DNA of 64,000 nt from Fonticula alba ATCC 38817 (Eukaryota; Protista; Nucleariida). Of this stretch, positions 46,659 to 57,426 are shown piece by piece. Positions within the stretch are counted from its first letter, which is position 1, and the number at the start of each line of letters is the position of its first letter. Position numbers and translations under genes: made by a program. Location of the stretch: the NCBI GenBank assembly GCA_000388065.2, contig KB932201.1. One strand, given 5' to 3'. Below the pieces are notes generated by a model that did not search any database, was not told the DNA's origin, and saw only the letters and a list, made by a program, of their open reading frames with translations.

Positions 46659-47749
46659 ATGGCCATCCTCTCGCTCCTCATTGCCTGCGGGGCCGGCTTC
46701 TATGTTCTCGGTGCGCCGCGGTCCGGCATCTTGGTCGCCTCTTGCTGTAGAATTGGACCCCTCCCCCCCCACTGATGCCCTTGCTCGATCATGGTGTGCG
46801 CGAAAATGAACACAAAAAGGCCCCACTGGCGCCCCGCAAGCAGCCCGGGTCCTCGGCTACACGGTCGGCACGGTGGTCAATATGGTCGTGCGCGGGCGCA
46901 GCGGCTTCACCCGCTTTGTCAATCAGGCTGGACTACAGGATGTACGTGCCCCCGCCCCTGCCCTCCCTCTGGCTTTTCCTGCCGGCCAACGCACACGGCT
47001 GACTGATGTGCTTTCAGGTTCACCGCGATTTGGAGGGCACCATCGATCAGATCCACTCCATTCGTCGGGATCTGAGCTTTCGTGGAGCCATCCAGCAGGC
47101 CGTCTTCTCTGGTGGCGCCTCGGCATCAGCCCAGCACTATGTTCCACGCGAGCGAGTTACCCCGGCACCTGGGCCCGATGGCCCGGCAGCCTCGATCCCG
47201 GCGACCGGCGGTGCTGCTCCCTTTTCTCCTCTTTCCCCGGCCTCGCAGGCCGCTCCACCCGAGCACGGGGGCCAGGCGCCCGCGACAGTGGCCAGCATCC
47301 TGACCGCGGCGGCCAGTCAGGCCTCCCGACCGGTGGTCACGCACAGCGACCCAGGGTCCCTGAGCCCGGCTTCTCACTCTGGGACCATTTCCGGCGGCCA
47401 TCGTCCGATGGCCACGCCCGGGGGTGTTTTCGCCTCGCCCAGTCGAACAGGCACGCACTGGATGGCGAGAGGGCAATGCCGGACGGGGGGAGGGGCAGTG
47501 GGGCTGGAGCTGCCAGATCCCGGGGGGGGGGCACCTTCTCCTGACCCACACATCTCGCACAAGCATACACATACACCCATGCCTTTGCTGACCCTCTTGG
47601 CTCGCGTCCCCCCCCCCCCACGTATACGTCACCGCGTCGATGGCCACAATTCTCCCATACACAACCGCACAGATGCTCTTCCCGGCGGAGCGGATATCGT
47701 GGCACAGTCCTTCGCTCGCTCGCTCCAGCGCCCACAGCGGCCATCCTGA
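46659..47749 (+). CDS. tatB: TatB-family (Sec-independent translocase) protein resembling plant mitochondrial TatB
   Basis: Exons 46659-46710, 46820-46941 and 47018-47749 (possibly one more intron at 47451-47672). Product: MAILSLLIACGAGFYVLG|PTGAPQAARVLGYTVGTVVNMVVRGRSGFTRFVNQAGLQD|VHRDLEGTIDQIHSIRRDLSFRGAIQQAV, then a low-complexity tail. This is a short TM helix, a GP hinge, an amphipathic helix and a plant mtTatB-like helix. Confidence 0.78.
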
Positions 47750-47833
47750 GGCCGTGCCTGGTCATCCCACTGGACGCGGCACCCTTTCTTTCTGCCCAAT
47801 CGAACGCAAAAACGACCCCTGTGTCCTCGTTGA

Positions 47834-47875
<42 letters not shown>

Positions 47876-50254
47876 TCCTCCTCCCCTCCTTTCGCCTGCG
47901 TCCCTCTCTCTGCTTGGGGAAGGGCAGTCGCCTGTGCTCGGGATCTGACCCGGCCGATCCGAGGCCGGCGCTGCGTCGGCGGTCACGGGTGTTTCTCGTG
48001 ATTGGCCCCGTTGGAGCGTTGGCACTCATATATGCGCCCCATTTCTCTCGGGCGCCCTGCCCCTTGCAGGTAGCACATACCAAGGGTTGCCGCTGCTTGT
48101 GTAGCAGCCCCTTCCTGTTTCTCACTCAGCCCCTTCCCTTGCGGGAGGGGAACGCGGGGGCGCAGGGCACAATACGTTGCGCCCGGCGTCGCCGCGGTAC
48201 ACGCGTCCAGGGTGTGCCGGATGCGGCAATGCCCGGGTGCAGGGCGGGGGGGGGGGGGGGGGCGAGGTACCCGGACCTCGCGCCGATGACGAATGTCGCC
48301 GGCGGCACACGCTCGCCTGGGGGCCGCGCGTGTTGGCATTTTGAATGTGGCTGGGGGGGGGGGGGGGGGGCAGAGAGCCGAGACGAGTCAATTTGCGGTC
48401 CCCCCCCCTCTGCCATGGGGAGAGTGGGTAGGGGGATGATTATTGGCCCGCCGGGGCGCCCACGCCCGGGTGTCCCCCCCCCTCCCCGGGCATGGGGATG
48501 CCTCACAGGAGGAGAACGAGCTTGGCCCGACGCGCAGCGAGCAAAAGGCCCGGCAAAAATGGGGAATAATAATGTTGAGAATATGGCCAAAATCGGGTGC
48601 GTTCGCCGCGGGTCGCCGCCGCCCCACACGCCGGGGCGTTACACAAAGCGGGCAGGGAAGGGGATCCTGCGTCGCACCCCAGTTCCCGGATGGGGGAGCA
48701 CCCTGCTTTTGTCCCCCGCCCGCAGATTGATTGCCAGGGCACNNNNNNNNNNNNNNNNNNNNNNNNNNNNNNNNNNNNNNNNNNNNNNNNNNNNNNNNNN
48801 NNNNNNNNNNNNNNNNNNNNNNNNNNNNNNNNNNNNNNNNNNNNNNNNNNNNNNNNNNNNNNNNNNNNNNNNNNNNNNNNNNNNNNNNNNNNNNNNNNNN
48901 NNNNNNNNNNNNNNNNNNNNNNNNNNNNNNNNNNNNNNNNNNNNNNNNNNNNNNNNNNNNNNNNNNNNNNNNNNNNNNNNNNNNNNNNNNNNNNNNNNNN
49001 NNNNNNNCCCCAATGCCTCTCTTTCGTGCATATCCACCTGCCTGGGGGAGGGGGTGTTGCGCGGCATTTTCCCCGACCCGGGCGCATCTCTCATCTGAGG
49101 CCGGCTGTCCACTCGTTGGCGAGGCGCCCGCGCAAATCATTCCCCCCCCGGCTCCCCGTCCTTGCAGACGGGCGGATCAAGGGAACCGGGGGCGGGGGGA
49201 GGCCCAGACCGCGATGGTTGAGGGGTGGCCTCATGGCCCATTCCAGGGGATTTCCCCGACCGCGGCCACACGCACACACATGCATCTGCGCAAAGGCGCG
49301 CCCGGGTCCCCGTGCGGATGGTTATGGTACATGTATGATGTGCGTGTGTGCATGTGTGCGTGTGTGCGTGCGTGTGTGCGTGTGTGCGTGTGTGTAAATG
49401 CGCACGTGTCGGGGGCCCTACACCGGGCGGCCGACAGTTCCCCTTGTCGGTGCACTCCCTGCGGCCCCTTTGGCTTTTGACGCTCAGCCACGGACCCATG
49501 GTGCGCTCACTCGCATCTGGGGGCATTCCCCCGGCCCACTGTTGGATGCCCTCGTCTGACAACTCGGGGCATTTCGTCGGAAGGCCTTGTCTCGGCCCTG
49601 GTTCGGGACCCCGGCCCCCGTTCCTTGGGGCCGGGGCGCGAGGCCGGGGCGCGGGGCGCAGGGCACGGGGGGCACCCACCGTCTTGCCTTGGCGTGCCGC
49701 GAGCCCGCGCCCGATTGCAGCGCACGGGGCGCGGGGTGGCGGCGGGCCGGCTGGCGCCCCATGCATCGGATGCGCCTTCTGGCCGGGTCGGGCCGGCCGA
49801 CCGCAAGAACGGCCCGCCGGACATCGCAAAGGCGGTGCTTGGGATGTGTATCCGGGACGGCCAGGAGTTCTCGGCGTCGGGCCGGCACCCCTTCCTCGGG
49901 GGTAGGGCGCGGGGGGATGTCGGGCGCCCCCCCCCCCCCGCCCCCGGACATGGCCGGATGTGCGCGCGGTTTGTGCCCCCGGCCTCTAAGGCACGCCACC
50001 GGCAGGGGATGGGCGATGTGCAGACGGATGCGTGCGCGCGCACTCTCACACACGCGTGTGCGGGCCAGGGGCGAGAGAAAGCGGCCGAGAGAGAGGGCCA
50101 GGAGTTGCACATGCCCTGGGGCCCCGTACTCGGGCCACCATGGGTTGTGCTTCTCCCGGCCCCGCCGGCGATGTGGCCTCAGCCATGTTCCCGCAACGCC
50201 TCTCGGATGAGTGGCGCGCGCGCCTCCACCCGCGAGCCCCTTGACATTCCGACT

Positions 50255-50286
<32 letters not shown>

Positions 50287-52563
50287 GCCATGTGCGCGGG
50301 TGGGCCTTCATGCCCTGGACGTCCCCCTCCCCCTGCCTCGCCCCCTGCCTGCCGCGCCCAGCTCGCGAGTCGGTCAGCGTCCACGCCCCCCCCCCGGCGC
50401 CCCTGTTACCCACTTTCGCGCAAGGGGCTTTCTCCCGGGGGGGGGGGGGGGGGGGGGGGGCTGACCGGCGGGCACCGGGATGGGCGGCCGTCCTGCCCCA
50501 CGTCTTTCCGGGGGACCGACGGCTCGGGAAAAGAAGGNNNNNNNNNNNNNNNNNNNNNNNNNNNNNNNNNNNNNNNNNNCCAGGGCGCCGGCCGCGGTCC
50601 TTTGTCGCCGCGGGGGGGGGGGGGCGGGAGGGCGGGCGGGTCGAGAGCGGTCGGCAGGTCCGCGCCACGAAGATGCGCCTTGTCAGGCAGGGCGAGGTCT
50701 TTGGGGGGCGGGGGGAGGGGGGGCATGCACGGGGTAACCCGCTGGCCTGGTGCCGGTTGTGTGCCCGTACCCCCCCTCCCCCCCCCTTCCCCCCGTCCGC
50801 TCACGATCCGCTCCGGAGGCCGCGGACGGCCACGCCACCCGCAAGGATGCGTCTGCCGAGGTACCTTCCGGGGGATGGCCCCTGTTGGCGGAATCCTGGC
50901 CCTGCCGCCCCCGCCCCTCTGGCCCCGGGCACCGGCGTTGCCTCAGATGTCCCCCTGCAGGCCCTACCCGGGGGCAGGGGTCTTTTCCTCGAGACGCACA
51001 TGCGTGCAGGCGCTCCTGCATTTCACCACACCTCCTTTGGCCCGACGCGCCGAGGCCCTCAGGCCCGAGCATGTACACGCCGCTGCTCGCCCTCTCCGTC
51101 ATCTCCCTCCTTCTTCAGGGGGGCAGGTATATTCACACGCGCCAGAGGGGGCGCGGGCCGGGCGTGGCCACGCCCCTTCCGACTCGGGGCCATCGCCCCG
51201 TGTGGGGAGACCCTGCCTTTCGTGCTTTTCTCTCTCTCTCTCTCTCTCTCTCCTGCTCTCCCGCTCCCTCCCCCGGGCCTCTCGTGCACCCTGTCCCGGC
51301 ATCCCCCGGGGCCTGGTGCCCGGAGAAGCAGGCGCGTGAAGCACGGGCCCAGGCGATCTCCCCGTCCAGCTGGCACAAGCAAGGGGGTCCGGCATCAGAG
51401 GACTCCGCTCCTGCCCCCGCCCGCCCTGCAGCGCCCCCTCGCCCCCCCCCCCGTCGGTGAGGGGTGGTCGGCTTGTTTTTTTTTTCGCCCCCGGGCACGC
51501 CTTTTGGCCATATATATTATAAGCACAGCCTACCCGGACCCCAGGCCCACGACGACAGTGCCGCCGGCCCGCCCCCGCGGCGTGAAGTTGTTGTTTTCTC
51601 ATGGGCCGCTCTCTGGGAGGGGGGGGGGGGGGGGCGTTGGCGCGCGCGCGCGGGCACACGCACACATGCACGTCCGCCCCCCACCCTCTGCCGGGCGATA
51701 CCCAGGGGGAGGGGGGCGCGGGTAGGGGACCCTCGCCCCCGCCAGGGAACCGCGCTTGTCTGCCGTGGCCAAGTTCCTGGTCGCGACCGCGCGCGCCAAT
51801 CACTCATGCCAAGGAGAGCGCCGGGAGCCGAGGGGAACAGTGGCCGGAAAAAAGCCCCCTCCCCCGGGGCGACGCTTGCACCGTGCCGGTCACCCCCCCT
51901 CATTTGCTCCTCCCCCTCCCTGGCTCGCCCCTCTGCCCCTCCGCCCCTTCCTCCCGTTCTCCTCCTGCGCGCCCGCCTCCTTCCCTCCCCCTCTCCTCCT
52001 CTGCTCGCGCGCTCCCGCTGCGCCTCCGGCTCTTGCCCGGCCCCACCCAAAGAGCAGGTACACGCCGCGCTCCTGCATTTCCGAGACACCTCTGTGCTCC
52101 TGCGCCCCTCCGTTGTCGTTCGCAGGTTTCTACCCCGAAGCTGACGCCCCCCCCCCCTCCCCCTCCTCCTCCTGTGTGTTCTTCACTGCCGTTTTTGGTG
52201 TCTGGCGCCCGTGCCCGCGCACTCACGCAGATCCCCAACCCACCGGCCAGCCCCGTCACCCCCCGCCGCCTCCGACGCCCTCCCCCCGCCTCCTCCTGCC
52301 CCTCTCCCTCTGCCTGCCTGCTCAGCATTTGCCGCGGCGCACCGGCCCTCGCCCCTCACCCTCCCTTGCGAGAAGCGCCCACTTCAACTCCCCCCCGGCC
52401 GGCCCCGTACGTTGCCCCGGCTGTTTCTCCCCGTCGCTTCTATTTCCACCATCCCATGCTGTGCATTTGCACACCGGTGCTGACACCCGCCGCTCGCTCT
52501 CTACCACCGGCCTACTTTTACACAGAACTCTCCCAGGCCTTTTCGCCTCTCTTAAAGCCCACC

Positions 52564-53086
52564 ATGGCAAGCCATTCTTCGTCATCGCTACCGCGTCCGC
52601 CGCCGAGCTTCCCCGGCGCCAGCGGCAGCGACGTGCTCACGGTCCAGCTGCACCCGGTGAACCAGAGCTTCGTTACCAAGCACTTCCAGTTGATGGATGG
52701 CCAGCATATCGAACTCGGTCGCCTTGTTGACCACAACGACGGCCCCCAGGTCCCTCGTTTCTCCAGCAAGGTCGTCTCTCGGCGGCATGCGTTCATCATG
52801 CGCTCTGGCATGCGCGTACGTCCTTCCCTCACCCCATCCCTTTTCGGCCTTCGCTCTGCCGTGTCTGTGGTCTCCCTTTTCCGGCTCGACTCACCGCCCC
52901 GTGTGCCCTTCTTCCTCCCTCCGCTCTGTGTAGCTCTTCCTCAAGGACATCCGGTCCTCTTCGGGCACCTTCCTCACCTCGGCCCGGACTGGCCTCAACC
53001 TCCTGCGCCTGAGCGAGATGGTACGCGCGCGCTCCCACCAACCATCTGCGCTTCTTCCCTCCCGTGCCGGGCTAACTCTCTCGCTC

Positions 53087-53160
<74 letters not shown>

Positions 53161-53219
53161 GCTCTCGCTCTCGCTCTCGCTCTCGCTCTCGCTCTCGCTC
53201 TCGCTCTCGCTCTCGCTCT

Positions 53220-53257
<38 letters not shown>

Positions 53258-54864
53258 CCCGCCTCAGGGCAATGAGAGCCAGCATCACGAGATCTTCGAT
53301 GGGGATATCATTCAGCTGGGAGAGGATTGCGTCGTCGACGGTGCTCACTACAAGTGCGTCGCGATGCAGCTCTCGATTTTGCAACACGACGACCGTGGGT
53401 CCCCCACGCCCGGGTCCGTGCCGATCCCCTTCCCGGCCAAGGCCAAGTTCGCCGACTCGCCTGCCGGTAGCGGTGGCACTCCAGGCACCTTCTCCCCGGA
53501 CCATGGGAGTTTCATGAGCGGGTCCCTCGGCCGGCGGAGCTCTTCCCTGGTCAGCGGCGCAGCCAGTCTCAATCGGCACAGCTCCTTCCGCCGGCATGGG
53601 TCCATGATTCGCCACGACTCGACACAGAGCATCGCATCCAGCCCGATGGCCATCCCCGGCGGCGGGTCGCCCTCTTCTCCCTTCGCAGTTGGCAGCTCCA
53701 ACTCCTCCTCGTCGCTTAGCACGACCCTGGTCCGGCCAGTGCTCGACACCAACTCCCCGGCCGGTGGCACATCCACCGACGGCGCCTTCGATGGGGCCGA
53801 GGAGGACTACATGTGCGCATGGCCCCTTTCCCCGTTCCTTTTTGTTTCTCCCCCTCTCCCTATCTGTCTCTGTTTCGGGCTCTCGCTCTTTCCGTGTTCA
53901 TTGTTCGCAGTGTCAACACGCCCAGCCTCCGGTCCTGACCCACCTTCTGCCCCCCCCCCCCCTTCCCCCCGCCTGTCCCCAATCCAGCGATTATTCCAAC
54001 GATCCAGAGGTGGTCCGCGTCGTGGCCGAGGAATTCAACAACGTCTGGTTCAACCTCATGTCGACGATCGGCTTTTCGGCCACCAACCAGGTCCTGGCCA
54101 AGGCGGGGATTGGATTTAGCGCGCCGGTGCGCGTTGGACCGGTGGCCACCCCGACCGGCCCTCAGCAGGGGCAGTTCCCCGGTGTGCAGCGCCACAGCAC
54201 GCACCATGGGCCTTCCGGACATGCAGGGCCCCCGCCGCCCCACCCGCTGTCCTCCTCGGTTTCCTCGCCGTCGCTGGGCTTGCCGCTGCCGGTGCCTCTC
54301 AACGTCAATGGCACCGGCACCGGTGGCACTCCCGGTGGTGGTGGTGGTGGAACCCCCAGCATGGGGACGGCTCCTCCCCCGGCCGCCCTGCCCTCGGCCC
54401 TGGGATCGCCTCCTCTCTCCACGGCCCCCGGTAGCCCGAGCACCGCCGGTGGTGGTGGCGGCGGCTTGCCCAACATCAGCACCCTGAACCTCGGTCCAGG
54501 CTCGCATACTGCTTCAAATCTTCCCACCCCCCTGACGGCCACGGCGCCAGTTCCCCCTTCCCTGGCGCCGCACCACGCGCCCTCGCACCATCCCGGCCAC
54601 CCCAACCACCCCGGCCAGCCGGCCCTCCCGCTGCCGGTGACGCCACCGGTCGGGTCGATCCCCGGCACGCCGCAGCTTGCTTCGCCGCGGCACTCGGGGC
54701 TCGGCATCCCGGCCCCGCTGCCCGTGGCCACGGCCGCCCTGCCGGCCGCCATTGCTGGGACTCCCGGATCGCCGGTTCTCCCGCCACCGGCCCTGGCCGG
54801 GTCCGGTGGCTCTGGTGGCCCGGCTCTCCCCCCATCAATGGCTGGGTCGCTCCCCTTGTCGCAT

Positions 54865-54896
<32 letters not shown>

Positions 54897-55154
54897 GCCG
54901 TCTTTGTCACAGATGCCCATGTCTCCCGGCGGTATGGCTGGGAGCTTCCCGCCACCATTGCAGCCGCAGCACCCACAACATCCCTCGCCCCAGTCCATTG
55001 GCGGTCACTCTCAGATGCATCACATGCAACAGCAGCAGCAGCAGCAGCAGCAACACCACCACATGCAGCAGGTGCCGCCTCCCATCGGGGGAATGGGGCA
55101 CCCGATGATGCCTGGCCAGGCACCTCACCACATGCAGCAGCAGCACCACCACAT

Positions 55155-55187
<33 letters not shown>

Positions 55188-55461
55188 CGCCATGGCATTC
55201 TCCCCTCAGCACCACATGATGCCCGGATCGCCGACCATGCCCCCGGGTGTGGGCTTCCATCCGGGCGCCGGCTTCCACCCGGGCGATTGTGTCAACTTCA
55301 TCTATCAAATCAGCCCCTGGCCGTCGCCGCAGATCCAGCAGCGCGTTCTCGAGCTAGCCACCCGCGGTGATGCCGAGATTCTCACCTACTTCCATGAGTG
55401 GCGCTCTTACCCGGAGGTCTTTATCGGGAAGTGCTCGGCCTATGCGTCGGCCATGTTTTAA
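52564..55461 (+). CDS. FHA-domain protein with Pro/Gly/Gln-rich middle and a small C-terminal helical domain (at least 4 exons)
   Basis: IELGRLVD...FSSKVVSRRHAFI|LFLKDIRSSSGTFL...|HHEIFDGDIIQLGED gives the FHA GR, SRxH, D..S.nGT and GD.I.LG motifs, in the SLMAP/Far9/Dma1 style. Poly-Q/H lies at about 54865-55185. Stop is TAA at 55459-55461. Confidence 0.9.
53090..53255. repeat. Compound (CT)n/(GCTCTC)n microsatellite in an FHA-gene intron
   Basis: About 10 tandem gctctc units embedded in (CT)n. Confidence 0.95.
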
Positions 55462-56045
55462 GCCCTCTTGTAGGTAGGGTGAGTGTGGGTGTGCAGATGG
55501 GTGAGTCAGTTGGTGAGTGCGCGCGTGCGTGCATTTAATGTCTCCCTCCATCCCTCACTTTTGTCCCTCCCTCTTCCTTTTGTTCTCCCTCTCCCCCTCT
55601 CCACCGGTCCTTGTGTTTAATTTCCTCATTGGAGCATTTGCATGTGCTCCCTTTGCCTTTTCCCCATGCGCAATGCACCCCCTCCCCCCGTCTAGATTCC
55701 ACTGTCTCTCTACCCTCGACCTTCCTTTCCTGCTGTGTATTTGCTACGTAGCAATGCATGGGGCGAGGGAAAGTGGCTTTTGTATTGCGGCATTTTTTTT
55801 ATGGGGACATACAGCGAGTGCTGCTGCTCAGCTTTATTGCGGGGGTTTGGGGACAAGAGACACACTGCGTGGCTTTGGGGAGACAGAGAGAGAGAGGGAG
55901 AGAGGGGGAGAGCAAAGGAGTGGGCACATAGGCCCCTCTTCGGTGTTTTCGTGTATATGCCACAAAAAAAGGAGAAAGGGAGAGAGAGGGGGGGGGGCGA
56001 GGCGGGGGAACGCATGCACGCTCGCTGCGCAACAAAGCCCCCCAC

Positions 56046-57426
56046 TCAGAAGCCGAGACTACGCCGGGCAATGGCGCGAATACGGCTGTCATACTCCTCG
56101 CGGCTGGAGCGCCAGACCTTCTGCGGGTGCGCATGCACGCCCATGCACAGGAGGATGGGAGGTGGGGAGGGGGTAGCCGAAAGGGCACAGCACCTTGTGG
56201 TTAGCAGGGAGGGGCGCGGGGGGGGACGGCGAGGTTTCATCGAAAAGGAAATGCCGGCAACAATCAACAAGCAACAGCCTCACGATGGGAGACGGGGATA
56301 CGACGTACAGCGGCATCGACATTGGCACTGCTCTCATCATTCGGCTCGGCCAGCATGCTGAGCACACTCAGGAGAATCTTCTCGACGGATTGGACGGGCG
56401 ACCAGCGCTCGGAGCTAGTGAACATCCATGGGTCAGGCCGAAGGTAGCTATGGGGCAAGTGTGCCGGCGCGCGGGAGGGAGGGAGGGAGGGGGAGGACGG
56501 AAAGGGGTGCGCACCTCTGCTCATAATTGTGAGGATCATCACCAGGGGGATGGAGGATGGAAATGCACACCCGGCCATCGGAGTAGACTGCGATCCAAGT
56601 TTCGACGGCGGAATCAGCGCGGGGAGGCCGAGGGGGATATCATGTGGAATTACGCGTGTGGGCGGTCAGAAGCAGACAAAGGGCGGGCGGGACATTGGGA
56701 ATGGGACACAGGGAGGGGAGGGGGGGGGGGAGAGGAGGGCGGGAGGAGGAGGGGGCAAGCAGAGGGGAAAGGCGCTATGTTGCACAGTAGGGGGGGGGGA
56801 AAAAGCACGATACCATTTGGGTGGAACATCTCGCCGGTGAAGCGCATCTTCGGTGGACTCAGCGGGTAGTCGCTGGGGAAGGTCAGAGTGGCGGTAAACA
56901 GGCCGCCCTCAAAGGGAGTGCCAGCGGGGCCGCTATCGCCGCCAGGGCCATTGGCAAAAGGAGAGTGTCACGGAGGGGCCGGCATAGCATGTGGTTAGTC
57001 TGGTGAAAGGGGTGCGCACGAATGGACAGGGAAGCAGGACACATGTTTCAGAAGGGCGAGAAGTTCGGATTTGTCCGGCGGGGGGGGGGGGGGGCACGCA
57101 CGAAATAATGGCCTCCCACTCGAAGAAATTACTCTCGTCCACCGGTCCGGCCGTGATGCCCGGAGGGGGGTGGATGGTCAGATCTGCGCGAGGAGCAGGG
57201 GTGGAGAGGGGGGGGGGGGGAGAGAACACAACAGAAAGGTGAGGGGGGGGAACAAGCAGCGGTATGAGCAATATGCAGCATACGGCGGATCTGGGGGGAG
57301 GGGGGGGGCACCCAGGCCCTGGGGCAAAGGAAGAGCAGGGGAGGCACAAATGGAGCCAGGCCAGGACGCACCTCGATACTCGGTCATGAGGCGCCGAAGG
57401 GCGGCGGTGGGGGTTCCGATTGACAT
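56046..57426 (-). CDS. UBE2G2: Ubiquitin-conjugating enzyme E2 G2/Ubc7 (6 exons)
   Basis: [18 protein letters not shown]|[27 protein letters not shown]|[12 protein letters not shown]...[22 protein letters not shown]|[25 protein letters not shown]|[35 protein letters not shown]|KVWR...SLGF*. Includes the catalytic Cys and the acidic loop of the Ubc7/G2 class. Confidence 0.96.

Noticed and set aside
48560-48620. MGNNNVENMAK as a possible myristoylated protein start
   Set aside because: The downstream frame is low-complexity and runs into a gap, with no supporting exon structure.
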